Below, piece after piece: positions 9,440-18,071 of a DNA stretch of 64,000 bases. The notes below the pieces were generated by a model, which had not been told where the DNA came from, did not search any database, and saw only the letters and a program-made list of their open reading frames with translations. This stretch comes from Patescibacteria group bacterium. GTDB lineage: Bacteria; Patescibacteriota; Patescibacteriia; JAHJFT01. Numbering within the stretch: the first letter of the stretch is position 1; each line of letters opens with the position of its first letter. The translations under genes and the position numbers were made by a program. The DNA lies in assembly GCA_028710985.1 (NCBI GenBank), contig JAQTTB010000001.1:19280-83279 (forward strand), written 5' to 3'.

Positions 9440-9590
9440 CCTTGTTTGGTTTAGTCAAAAGTTAAAAGTCAAAAGTCCAAAGTCAAGTCTAAAATTTTTT
9501 AGTCCAATCTCTCCAGCTGAATGTATCTATAACTTTTTGACTTTTAACTCAACTTTTAACTTTAGACTTTAGACTTTTAACTACAAAACA
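9440..9590. repeat. long imperfect inverted repeat made of AAAGTC/TAAAAGT-type short repeats, located between two co-directional GT genes
   Basis: Left arm agtcaaaagttaaaagtcaaaagtccaaagtcaagtctaaa. Right arm ctttttgacttttaactcaacttttaactttagactttagacttttaac. Confidence 0.6.
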
Positions 9591-9593
9591 AAC

Positions 9594-10712
9594 CTACCAA
9601 AATATAATTAGTCGTGCAATTAAAAAATAAAGATTAAACAACGGATTAGCGATTTTAAGCGCCCAATTATTAATTTCCTGATACTCAATCTTCCCTGTGA
9701 AATGACGAAGCACTTCTTTATCCCCGATACTTCTCGCGCGCGCGATTCTCGCGTGCTTGACGAAGAGATACGGCCAGTGCCACGGCGCGATCATCCAAAG
9801 ATATGCCTTAAGCTTCTCGCGCCACCAGCCGGACTTGATGGAAAAAATAAACTGCCCGAGCTCCATCGCGAGAAAGGCCGGCAGAAACACGAGCTGGGTC
9901 AGAAATTTATAATCGCAAAAATATAAAATAAAACGATTTCGCTCCATCCAGTAATATTTTGAAATACTCCGGCTGAATTCATATTCGTGATACACAACCG
10001 ACCGCGGCGCGAGCACGTTCACGAACCCGCCAAGCCGGAGCCGCCAGCCCAGATCCAGGTCTTCGTGATACGCAAAAAGTTTTTCATCAAAAAGCCCGGC
10101 ATCGCGCAAGGCGCCGATCTTGTATAAAACCCCGGCTCCGGAGCCGTAAGCAATTTCCGGAAGCCCGATAAAATCGCGTTCGCTCCGCGCCGCGCGCGAA
10201 CCGCCGCAAAATCCGAATCCCAGATAATGAATCATGTTGCCCGACGAATTAATGAGTCCGCGCTCGGGCCAGAGCGCGAGCAGAGACTGCACCGAACCGA
10301 TTTTCTGATTTGATTCCGCCGCATCGACGGCATGGCGCAAAAAATCCGGCTCAACCCGCGTATCGTAATTTATTAAATAAACATAATCAAAACCCTGCAC
10401 CTGCCTGCCGGTAGGCAGGGCCATTGCATACTCAATCGCGCGGTTGTTTCCGCCGGCAAAGCCGAGATTCGTGTTCATGGGCATAAAGTGAATCTTCGGC
10501 AGCCCCTGGGGCGGCGACTGCATTATCTCCAGAATGCGCTCGCGCGACCCGTCGGTTGACGCATTGTCAACAATAACAAGCTCAACCGCCTCCCGCGGAT
10601 AATCCAAGAGCGCGAGCGATTCAATCCAGGCATCTAAAAAACGCCGCGCCTTCCAGAGCACGGCGATAATTGCCACTCGTTTTACATCCTGATTATTCAT
10701 GCTTTTTTGCAT
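9594..10712 (-). CDS. glycosyltransferase family 2 with C-terminal membrane extension
   Basis: VAIIAVLWKARRFLDAWIESLALLDYPREAVELVIVDNASTDGS is a GT2 signature with a DxD region. The start is chosen at MQKSMNN (10712), giving a 20-nt overlap with the upstream DUF2304-like gene. The ORF track's 10838 start would give a 146-nt overlap. Confidence 0.7.
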   Translation of the reverse strand: MQKSMNNQDVKRVAIIAVLWKARRFLDAWIESLALLDYPREAVELVIVDNASTDGSRERILEIMQSPPQGLPKIHFMPMNTNLGFAGGNNRAIEYAMALPTGRQVQGFDYVYLINYDTRVEPDFLRHAVDAAESNQKIGSVQSLLALWPERGLINSSGNMIHYLGFGFCGGSRAARSERDFIGLPEIAYGSGAGVLYKIGALRDAGLFDEKLFAYHEDLDLGWRLRLGGFVNVLAPRSVVYHEYEFSRSISKYYWMERNRFILYFCDYKFLTQLVFLPAFLAMELGQFIFSIKSGWWREKLKAYLWMIAPWHWPYLFVKHARIARARSIGDKEVLRHFTGKIEYQEINNWALKIANPLFNLYFLIARLIIFW

Positions 10713-11037
10713 CTTCACTCTTCTCTCCCACCGCGATTTCGCGGGTAATTTTTGTGATATTTTTTTCGATTGACTGAATTTTAATGAATATTCTGAACGC
10801 GAGATAAAATAACAGCACGATTGAAAGATATGTCGCAAGATCCGCGCCGCGCTCGACTCCGAACCAGGCCGCCGCCACGTCGGTTTTCTTTGGGATTACC
10901 GCCGCCGCGCTGACCGCAATCCAAAACAAAAGCCAAACCGCGAGCCATCCGGCGGTAATGTCTTTTGATCGGTACTTGCGGAACGCTCTCCAGGCCGCAA
11001 TCGCCGCAAATAATATAATAACCGCTTGAATTATCAC
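10693..11037 (-). CDS. small membrane protein, DUF2304-like (commonly paired with GT2 in CPR-type glycosylation modules)
   Basis: 114 aa with three hydrophobic helices and a charged C-terminal tail. Located between two GT2 genes. Confidence 0.55.
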   Translation of the reverse strand: MIIQAVIILFAAIAAWRAFRKYRSKDITAGWLAVWLLFWIAVSAAAVIPKKTDVAAAWFGVERGADLATYLSIVLLFYLAFRIFIKIQSIEKNITKITREIAVGEKSEDAKKHE

Positions 11038-11705
11038 AAAAATTTATTTAATAAATAATCCCAGACTATTTTTAACGAGCCGAGCGATCTCTGTCCTTTC
11101 GCCAGGCTTTCCGGCGTGTATTTAACCGTTACCGGCACTTCGACATATCTTAATTTGTTCCTTCCGATTTCGTCAAGAATTTCCGAAGCGTGAGCCATTC
11201 TGTCCTGGGTAATTTTAATCTTCTCGGCCGCCTCACGGCTCAATGCGCGGAATCCGTTATGCGTGTCTGTGACCCTAAGCCCGGAAGTCAAACGGGTAAA
11301 AATTATACCACCCATAAGCACGAGCTGGCGCAAAGCCGGCACATTGGATTTTTTTCCCAAAAACCGCGAGCCCAGCGCCACATCCGCCCCGCCAAGAATA
11401 ATCGGCTTCACCATCTCGTCAATCTCTTCGGCCAGATGCTGGCCGTCAGCATCATAATGCACGATAATATCCGCGCCCAGGCTCCGGAGAGTGAATTCGG
11501 TACCCGTGGCAAGAGCCGCCCCCTGTCCACGGTTAATCACGTGACGCAGTACCACCGCTCCGGCCGTTCTTGCGACTTCAGCCGTCGCGTCGGTTGAACC
11601 GTCATCAACAACTACGGCGGCATCAATATGCGGCTTTATATCTTCTATGACTTTCGTGATAGAAGCCTCCTCGTTGTAAGCTGGTATTACTGCTACTATT
11701 TTCAT
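11034..11705 (-). CDS. glycosyltransferase family 2, dolichyl/polyprenyl-phosphate sugar synthase-like (DPM1-like)
   Basis: MKIVAVIPAYNEEASITKVIEDI...VVDDGSTDAT...DADGQH are GT2-A motifs. Soluble, 223 aa. Confidence 0.8.
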   Translation of the reverse strand: MKIVAVIPAYNEEASITKVIEDIKPHIDAAVVVDDGSTDATAEVARTAGAVVLRHVINRGQGAALATGTEFTLRSLGADIIVHYDADGQHLAEEIDEMVKPIILGGADVALGSRFLGKKSNVPALRQLVLMGGIIFTRLTSGLRVTDTHNGFRALSREAAEKIKITQDRMAHASEILDEIGRNKLRYVEVPVTVKYTPESLAKGQRSLGSLKIVWDYLLNKFL

Positions 11706-11729
11706 AAAACTACTTTCGCATCAATATTA

Positions 11730-11962
11730 TCGTCATTCCCGCGAAGGCGGGAATCCAGAAACAGTATACCTTGCGGATTCGATTTATAAACTGTCACACA
11801 AATCACTCCAAAGCGGATTGCAGTCTTCAATGAATTTAATCTTTTAGACCCTTTCCACTTATTGGAGGATGCAAATATAGAACTGCCGATAATCGGACAT
11901 AGCATAAATAAGTAGCCCCGAGATTAATTGGTTGTGGATTCCCGCCTTCGCGGGAATGACAG
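11730..11962. mobile_element. MITE-like 233-bp element with 26-bp terminal inverted repeats of the REP-like palindrome CGTCATTCCCGCGAAGGCGGGAATCC
   Basis: cgtcattcccgcgaaggcgggaatcc at 11730..11755 and its reverse complement ggattcccgccttcgcgggaatgac at 11936..11960. The interior is non-coding and AT-rich. The only ORF across it, 11702..11905, is the typical LDSRLRGND translation artefact of this palindrome. Confidence 0.6.
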
Positions 11963-11964
11963 TT

Positions 11965-12978
11965 CTAAATCCCAACCAACCCCTTCTGCACCCTTGAAAA
12001 ATCAATCGTCTTTTGAAGGCCCTCCTCAAGCCGCACGAGCGGAATCCAGTCTAGCCTCTCTTTGGCTTTGGTGATATCCGGAAGCCCAAGTTCGGTCATG
12101 AAAAGAAGCGGGGGTTCATGTTTGATTTCCGAGGATGAATTCACCATGGCGATTATTTTCTTTGCCACGTCGGCGAGCAGGAAATCCTGGTCCGATCCGA
12201 GATTCACGGGCCCGATATCCGCCGGCGCCTGCATCAGGCGCTTCAGCCCGTCAACAATATCCGAGACAAAACACAGGCTTGTTTTAAAACTTTCATCGCC
12301 GTAAATAACCAGTTCTTTGCCGTCAAGCGCGTCGGTGATAAAATCCGGTATCATCTGGCCGTCAAAAAGTTTCATGCGCGGCCCGTAGGTGCGGAAGATA
12401 CGCGCAATTTTCGCGTCGATCCCAAAAACTTGACTATAAGTCGCGACCATTGCTTCAGCGAAGCGCTTTCCCTCATCATAACAGGCGCGAGGCGAAATGG
12501 TTGAAACCCCGCCGATTTCATCTTCCCGAAAAGAAAGATGCTCTTCTTTGCGCCCTCCATAAATTACCGAACTGGATGTAAAGAGAAATTTTGCTTTGTA
12601 CTTCACCGCGATATCCAGGGCGTGCCTTGTTCCGACCGAGTTGGAAAGCGCGGTCTGCAGCTTAAATTCATCAAATCGTTTCGCCGATGTCGGACAGGCC
12701 AGATGATAAACTTCCTGAATTCCCTGAAAACGCAATTTGAACCTCTCAAGCTCGGGAAATGATTCCAGATCAAACGGTTCGTTGGTATCCAGCCGCAGAA
12801 ATTCAAAATCCGGATTCTGCATCAACCGGTCAATGTTTGATTCCGAGCTCGTCACAAAATTATCAATACAAATAACCTTGGCTTCATCCAAAAGCGACTC
12901 GCAGAGGTGTGAACCGATAAATCCGGCCCCGCCGGTGACAAGCACATTTTTCTTCTCAAATATGGGCGAAATTGGCAT
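11965..12978 (-). CDS. NAD-dependent epimerase/dehydratase, UDP-glucuronate decarboxylase (UXS)-like
   Basis: VLVTGGAGFIGSHL Rossmann motif. Short-chain dehydrogenase YxxxK region. 337 aa. Confidence 0.75.
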   Translation of the reverse strand: MPISPIFEKKNVLVTGGAGFIGSHLCESLLDEAKVICIDNFVTSSESNIDRLMQNPDFEFLRLDTNEPFDLESFPELERFKLRFQGIQEVYHLACPTSAKRFDEFKLQTALSNSVGTRHALDIAVKYKAKFLFTSSSVIYGGRKEEHLSFREDEIGGVSTISPRACYDEGKRFAEAMVATYSQVFGIDAKIARIFRTYGPRMKLFDGQMIPDFITDALDGKELVIYGDESFKTSLCFVSDIVDGLKRLMQAPADIGPVNLGSDQDFLLADVAKKIIAMVNSSSEIKHEPPLLFMTELGLPDITKAKERLDWIPLVRLEEGLQKTIDFSRVQKGLVGI

Positions 12979-13096
12979 AATTTTTGTATTTATTTTATCA
13001 AGTTTATATGTATATTTTAGACGAAATCACGCTTTTTGGCAAGGAGCGAGAATAATAATAAAACGAGCCGATTAAAGCCCGCTTTGTTCCATTGTT

Positions 13097-13552
13097 CTAT
13101 TGTTTTATTGTTCTCTTAAAAATGAATATTTTCTGAAAAAAGAAATTAATAAAATAGAGAATGGCATACACCACAAATTTTGCCGCCACGTCCCAGATTC
13201 CGAGGTAATGCACCGTGACAAACAGCAGGCCTTCGCCGATCAAAAAAACCACAAGCGCGTTAATCCAATAAACCGCATACTGCCTGACCACGCGCTTATC
13301 CGTATCGCCGAAAGTATAAGTCTTGTTAAACCAATAACCCACGATCGCGCCGAGCGTCATGCTCACAAAATTCGCCAAAAGATAATGTATGCCGAAAATT
13401 TTTGTGAGCAATAGATACGTCCCAAAATCAACGCCGGTCGCCCCGGTCCCCACGATCGTGAACCGCCACAGCTGTTTGATGGTTTGAAAAAGATTTGATT
13501 TTTGAGATATATTTTTGAGATTTGAGATTTGAGATTTGAGATTATCTTCCAT
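13097..13552 (-). CDS. GtrA family membrane protein (putative polyprenyl-phosphate-sugar flippase component)
   Basis: FTIVGTGATGVDFGTYLLLTKIFGIHYLLANFVSMTLGAIVGYWFNKTYTF is a GtrA-like four-helix core. The N-terminal 20 aa are encoded by a 7-bp x4 repeat. The true start may be an internal TTG. Confidence 0.65.
   Translation of the reverse strand: MEDNLKSQISNLKNISQKSNLFQTIKQLWRFTIVGTGATGVDFGTYLLLTKIFGIHYLLANFVSMTLGAIVGYWFNKTYTFGDTDKRVVRQYAVYWINALVVFLIGEGLLFVTVHYLGIWDVAAKFVVYAILYFINFFFQKIFIFKRTIKQ
13515..13542. repeat. perfect tandem repeat TTGAGAT x4 (7-bp unit) at the 5' end of the GtrA CDS, inside the GtrA/WbaP divergent promoter region
   Basis: ttgagat ttgagat ttgagat ttgagat, preceded by a degenerate tttgaga copy at 13501. 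Read directly from the sequence. Confidence 0.9.
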
Positions 13553-13613
13553 ACTCTTGAAATTTTATCTAATATTAGTTAATATATGCCCACAAGCACA
13601 TATATTATCTCCT

Positions 13614-14993
13614 ATGACCGACACCATTGTCAAAGTAAAGAAAGCCCTGCTCGTGCTCGGCGACCTCGCGGCCGCCTATTCTTCGCTTTATCTTACCCTG
13701 CTTTTACGCTACCGCGACGGCCTGAATCTTGAAGCCTGGCAGAGCCATCTCGTCCCGTTCACCGCAATTTACCTTGCCTGGATTGTGGTATTTTTTATAA
13801 GCGACCTTTATAACCTGAACACCGCGCGAAACACCGTGGATTTCCGCCGACGCTTCTTCCAGGCTCTGGCAATCAACGCCCTGATCGCGGTCGCCTTCTT
13901 CTACCTCAATCCCGCCGTCGCTATTGCGCCAAAAACCAACCTTATTATCAACATCGCAGTTTTTGCGATTCTCGCCTACTTTTGGCGCGCGATTTTCAAC
14001 CTCGCGGCTTCACATTCAATTTTCGCGAACCGCGTGCTCTTTATTGGTTCACAGAAAAAATTTCAAGACATCATGCCCGACCTCGCACGAGGCGCCTATC
14101 ACGACTGGAAGGTCGTTGCCGTTGTCGACCCGCAGGAGATTAAAGAATACCGCCGCGACAACGTCAGTTTTTATAAAAACACCACCCCGCTTTCCGAAAT
14201 CATTAACCAGGAAAAAATCAGCACCATCGTGCTCGGCCTCTCCCCGGAAGAGCACCCGCGTCTCGGAAGAGAACTCTACGACTGTATCTTTGCCCATTCA
14301 ATCGCAGTCGTGAATTTGCCGAAATTTTATGAAATCGTCACCCAGCGCCTGCCGGCCGATTTGCTTTCAGAATACTGGTTTTTGGAAAATATCAAAGAAA
14401 TGGACAAAAAATTCCACGACTCGGCAAAGGCCATCGCCGATATCGCCCTCTCAATCGCCTTTGGCGCATTTTTCCTCGCCACCCTACCGATTATCGCGGC
14501 CGCGACACTGATCGACAGCGGCTGGCCAATTTTTTACACCCAGAACCGCGTCGGCCGCCGAGGCAAAATTTTCAAAATCATCAAATACCGCACCATGTAC
14601 CGCGATGCCGAGCTCCAGGGCGCGCTCTGGGCTAAGCGCAACGATGCACGCATTACCCGCGTCGGCCGCTTGCTCCGCAAAACCCGGCTGGACGAACTGC
14701 CGCAGATTATCAATGTCCTCAAGACCGACATGAGCTTCATTGGCCCGCGGCCGGAACGCCCGGAATTTGTAGCTGATTTGGAACGCATGATGCCGTTCTA
14801 CGCTCTCCGCCACTTAACCCGGCCCGGACTCACCGGTTGGGCGCAAATCAATTATGAATACGCCGCGAGCTACGAGGAAAATTTGAAAAAACTACAATAC
14901 GATTTATACTATATCAAGAACCGGTCACTCCTCTTGGACTTTAAAATACTTTTAAAGACCGCCGGGATTGTAATAAGCAGGAAGGGGCAATAA
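13614..14993 (+). CDS. polyprenyl-phosphate hexose-1-phosphate transferase (WbaP/sugar transferase family, initiating phosphoglycosyl transferase)
   Basis: Five N-terminal TM helices and a central domain. The C-terminal bacterial sugar transferase domain carries KFRTMYRDAE...DELPQIINVLKTDMSFIGPRPERPEF. The start is moved to the ATG at 13614 (MTDTIVKVKK) to avoid overlap with the divergent GtrA gene. Confidence 0.8.
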   Translation: MTDTIVKVKKALLVLGDLAAAYSSLYLTLLLRYRDGLNLEAWQSHLVPFTAIYLAWIVVFFISDLYNLNTARNTVDFRRRFFQALAINALIAVAFFYLNPAVAIAPKTNLIINIAVFAILAYFWRAIFNLAASHSIFANRVLFIGSQKKFQDIMPDLARGAYHDWKVVAVVDPQEIKEYRRDNVSFYKNTTPLSEIINQEKISTIVLGLSPEEHPRLGRELYDCIFAHSIAVVNLPKFYEIVTQRLPADLLSEYWFLENIKEMDKKFHDSAKAIADIALSIAFGAFFLATLPIIAAATLIDSGWPIFYTQNRVGRRGKIFKIIKYRTMYRDAELQGALWAKRNDARITRVGRLLRKTRLDELPQIINVLKTDMSFIGPRPERPEFVADLERMMPFYALRHLTRPGLTGWAQINYEYAASYEENLKKLQYDLYYIKNRSLLLDFKILLKTAGIVISRKGQ

Positions 14994-15005
14994 AAAAATA
15001 ACAAA

Positions 15006-15036
15006 AAATAGGTGTTTGCAGACACCTATTTTTTTA
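15006..15036. terminator. bidirectional rho-independent terminator
   Basis: aaaaaaTAGGTGTttgcagACACCTAttttttt between the convergent genes 13614..14993 and 15039..15956. Confidence 0.65.
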
Positions 15037-15038
15037 CA

Positions 15039-15956
15039 CTATTTATTTTCCAATCCCCACCGTTCAAACAAATCTTTCATCCCGTCGATGAACTTTACCT
15101 GCGGCTCCCAGCCAAGAAGTTCTTTGGCGCGCCGGATGTCCGCCCGCGTATGCTTGGCCTCAATGCGCGGCGGCAAAAATACTTTTTCCCCGCCGAACAT
15201 GGCCGCGATTTCATTGACCGAATGGTTATCTTCGGCACCGATATTTATCACTTCGCCTTTCCCCACCTTCATGGATTCAAGCGCTAGAATATTGGCGTTA
15301 ACCACATCGTTTATATGCGTAAAATCGCGCGTCTGCTCACCGTCGCCGATTATGGTCAAGGGTTTACCGGCGTCATAGAGCTGCTTAAAAATACTCATTA
15401 CCGTCACATAGGCCCCCTTATCCGCCATGCCCTGGCCATAGACATTAAAATAACGTAAAGAAACCGTAGGTAGTTTGTAGATATTGGCAAAAATTTTCGC
15501 GTACAGCTCACCAATGTATTTCTGAAGGCCATATGGATGCATCGGTTGAGCCGGCAGTCCTTCGTGGAGCGGCAATGTCTCCTGCTCGCCATAAGCCGAT
15601 GACGAGGCGGAATAAACTAACTTCTTGACACCCGCATCACGGGCCGCGATTAACACGTTCAATGTTCCACCAACATTTGCTTCGTGCGTCTCCTGCGGCT
15701 TCTCGATTGAAAGCGGCACCCTCGGAAGAGCCGCGACGTGAAAAACCCCCTCAACGCCAGTAAAGTGCGGCTTTATCTCATCAAGTTTAGTTATATCGGC
15801 AAACACAAATTCCGCATCCGGATGCAAATTTTCTTTTTTACCGGTAGACAAATTATCAATAATCTTCACGGCGTAGCCGCGGCTGATTAATTCTTTTACC
15901 AAATTATGGCCGATAAATCCCGCGCCGCCAGTGACTAAAACTTTTTTATAATTCAT
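15039..15956 (-). CDS. NAD-dependent epimerase/dehydratase (UDP-glucose 4-epimerase GalE-like)
   Basis: MNYKKVLVTGGAGFIGHNLVKELISRGYAVKIIDNLSTGKKENL. YxxxK catalytic region. Confidence 0.8.
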   Translation of the reverse strand: MNYKKVLVTGGAGFIGHNLVKELISRGYAVKIIDNLSTGKKENLHPDAEFVFADITKLDEIKPHFTGVEGVFHVAALPRVPLSIEKPQETHEANVGGTLNVLIAARDAGVKKLVYSASSSAYGEQETLPLHEGLPAQPMHPYGLQKYIGELYAKIFANIYKLPTVSLRYFNVYGQGMADKGAYVTVMSIFKQLYDAGKPLTIIGDGEQTRDFTHINDVVNANILALESMKVGKGEVINIGAEDNHSVNEIAAMFGGEKVFLPPRIEAKHTRADIRRAKELLGWEPQVKFIDGMKDLFERWGLENK

Positions 15957-16004
15957 ATTACCGATCTTTATTTATTTAAATTATTGTAGCATAGACTGAA
16001 TCTT

Positions 16005-16033
16005 TTGACAAGGGCGGCTAATTCGGATAAAAT
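16005..16033 (+). promoter_or_regulatory. candidate sigma70 promoter TTGACA-N17-TAAAAT for the flippase gene and the start of the AT-rich island
   Basis: TTGACA agggcggctaattcgga TAAAAT. The -10 ends 21 nt upstream of the ATG at 16055. Confidence 0.45.
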
Positions 16034-16054
16034 ATTGAATATTCATAAAGACCC

Positions 16055-17308
16055 ATGGAAATCAAATTAATAAAAATCGCTGAAAAATTTTTCAAAACCG
16101 ACATTAATTATTTAATTAAGGGCGGCTTTTGGCTTACTTCCGGGCAAATCCTTACTTCGCTGTCATCTCTAATTTTAGCAATCGCTTTTGCCAATTTGCT
16201 GGAAAGAGAATCTTATGGCACCTATAGATATATTCTTTCCGCAATCGGCATCATTTCGCTCTTTACTCTTCCGGGAATAAATACCTCTTTGATAAGATCG
16301 ATAGCGAATAATTTTTCCGGATCCTACCTGAAGGCAATTAAGACAAAGTTTAAATTTTCACTGATTGCCACTATAGCTTGCTTAATAGTCGGAATATATT
16401 ATTTTTATTGCCAAAATAATGAAATTGCCTTTTGTTTCTTTATTATTGCATCCATTATCCCTTTCAATAAATCATCCGAACTCTATTTGTCTGTACTGAA
16501 CGGCCAGAAAAGATTTAAACTCTATACTATTCTATATGCGAGTTCAAATATTATTGCAACGTTGTCAATAATCTTAACTTTATTTTTCACGGATAGTTTA
16601 GCGCTAATTTTAACGTCGTATTTCTTATCTTATACGATCCTGCAATTAATATTTTCTTTGTACGTAAAAAAATACCTAAACAACAATGAGGCTGATAATA
16701 CCGTTGAATATGGCATTCATTTGAGCATAATGGATGTAATCAAAACGATCGCCGGACATCTCGACAGGATACTCATATTCAACGCAATGGGACCGTTAGA
16801 GGTGGCTATTTACTCTTTTGCCGTTGTCCCGCATAGCCAGGCAAAAAGTTTCCTCGAAAATATTAAAGTCCTCGCTTTCCCCAAACTTAGCGCGTCCAAC
16901 GAGGAGGATATAAGAAAATTTTTACCAAAAAAAATTCTAAAAATGGAGCTCATAATCGCAATCTTGGTAATCATCTACATCTTCGCCGCTCCGACCCTAT
17001 TCCAAATATTTCTCCCGAAATACATGGATTCGGTCCTCTATTCCCAAGTGTACTTTATCTCGTTGATATTTTTCCCAAGAACAATTTTATCTACCGCAAT
17101 GACCGCAAAAATAAAAAAGAAAGAACTTTATTCCATAAGAATCCTCAGTCCAATACTAAGAATTATACTGATGGTCGTCGGATTAAAATTCTTTCAACTT
17201 TGGGGCGTACTCGTCGCGGGTATGGCGGCAAATGCGCTCATGATGTTAATCTACGGCTATTACTTTAAAAAAGCATTCAAGCAAATCACTTATCAATCAT
17301 CTCTCTAG
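16055..17308 (+). CDS. polysaccharide biosynthesis protein, Wzx-like oligosaccharide flippase (MOP/MATE-like superfamily)
   Basis: 417 aa with about 12-14 predicted TM helices. Typical size and topology for Wzx. It is the only plus-strand gene in the island. Confidence 0.6.
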   Translation: MEIKLIKIAEKFFKTDINYLIKGGFWLTSGQILTSLSSLILAIAFANLLERESYGTYRYILSAIGIISLFTLPGINTSLIRSIANNFSGSYLKAIKTKFKFSLIATIACLIVGIYYFYCQNNEIAFCFFIIASIIPFNKSSELYLSVLNGQKRFKLYTILYASSNIIATLSIILTLFFTDSLALILTSYFLSYTILQLIFSLYVKKYLNNNEADNTVEYGIHLSIMDVIKTIAGHLDRILIFNAMGPLEVAIYSFAVVPHSQAKSFLENIKVLAFPKLSASNEEDIRKFLPKKILKMELIIAILVIIYIFAAPTLFQIFLPKYMDSVLYSQVYFISLIFFPRTILSTAMTAKIKKKELYSIRILSPILRIILMVVGLKFFQLWGVLVAGMAANALMMLIYGYYFKKAFKQITYQSSL

Positions 17309-18071
17309 AAAAAAGACTGTTGCGGGGATATATCAGCAAGATCTGAAATAGCAAATATACTATCGAAAAAATGATATATAGACCATACATCCATACTCCA
17401 TATCTAATATCGTACAAGCAAACCAATAATATCAATAAATACCATATCCATACGAAGTCGTAGATCATACTTACCGAATAGTTAAGAAATTTCATAAAAA
17501 CCTTTTTACCCGTAAAGAGGTTTTTATTATAATCCCTGAGGACATCCTGATGATTTTCAAGAGTAACTTTATATTTGATATGATGCCTCAACTTACCTAG
17601 CATTTTATAGTTAGTGAGCAATATGGAAAAAACAATGCTCGAAATTAATATCAGCATGTTCTGCGTAAGAACATAAAGAAAAACGCCCGTAGAAAAAGTC
17701 AAGGCAAACGGATAATAGAAATGAAATAATATCTCGTAATATATTCCCCTCTGAGTATAATGCTCACGATATCGGGCAATACCACCGTCTACCTTATCCA
17801 ACATTGATGATATTCTCATCAAAATAAGCTGGATAAAATATATCCAGAAAGGATCTACGGCAAATAACAGTAAATTAATAAAAAGGGAGATAATCAATAA
17901 CGCCACATTCAAAACGGACACGAAGTTGGGCGAAATTTTTGGAAAAATATTTAACAAAATAAATGTTATATACAAGGCCAGATAGCGTTCTGCGCGGTAT
18001 ATAATACCGCTCTTTTTTATTTTTTCCTGCTTGCCCAAGAAACATTTATCCCTCAGCTCAGAAAATGTCAT
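17286..18071 (-). CDS. CDP-alcohol phosphatidyltransferase-like polytopic membrane protein
   Basis: Contains DKVDGGIARYREHYTQRG, a partial match to the DG-x2-AR-x8-G CDP-OH_P_transf motif. Multiple TM helices. Confidence 0.4.
   Translation of the reverse strand: MTFSELRDKCFLGKQEKIKKSGIIYRAERYLALYITFILLNIFPKISPNFVSVLNVALLIISLFINLLLFAVDPFWIYFIQLILMRISSMLDKVDGGIARYREHYTQRGIYYEILFHFYYPFALTFSTGVFLYVLTQNMLILISSIVFSILLTNYKMLGKLRHHIKYKVTLENHQDVLRDYNKNLFTGKKVFMKFLNYSVSMIYDFVWIWYLLILLVCLYDIRYGVWMYGLYIIFSIVYLLFQILLIYPRNSLFSREMIDK

Noticed and set aside
9594-10838. Longer 414-aa version of the GT2 gene starting at 10838 (MRHIFQSCCYF...)
   Set aside because: The first 42 codons overlap the upstream DUF2304-like gene by 146 nt and encode no recognisable GT2 sequence. 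The internal ATG at 10712 (MQKSMNNQDVKRVAIIAV) gives a canonical GT2 N-terminus and a 20-nt overlap.
9092-13542. Possibility that the short tandem repeats (8-mer x4, 7-mer x4, CTACAAG x3, AAAGTC arrays) represent a CRISPR array
   Set aside because: The units are 7-8 bp and directly abutting or arranged as inverted arms. There are no 25-40-bp repeats separated by unique spacers and no cas genes.
13536-13613. Upstream extension of the WbaP-like gene to 13536 (MRLSSILLKFYLILVNICPQAHILSP)
   Set aside because: It would overlap the divergent GtrA gene start and the shared promoter region. The ATG at 13614 is followed immediately by a normal WbaP N-terminus.
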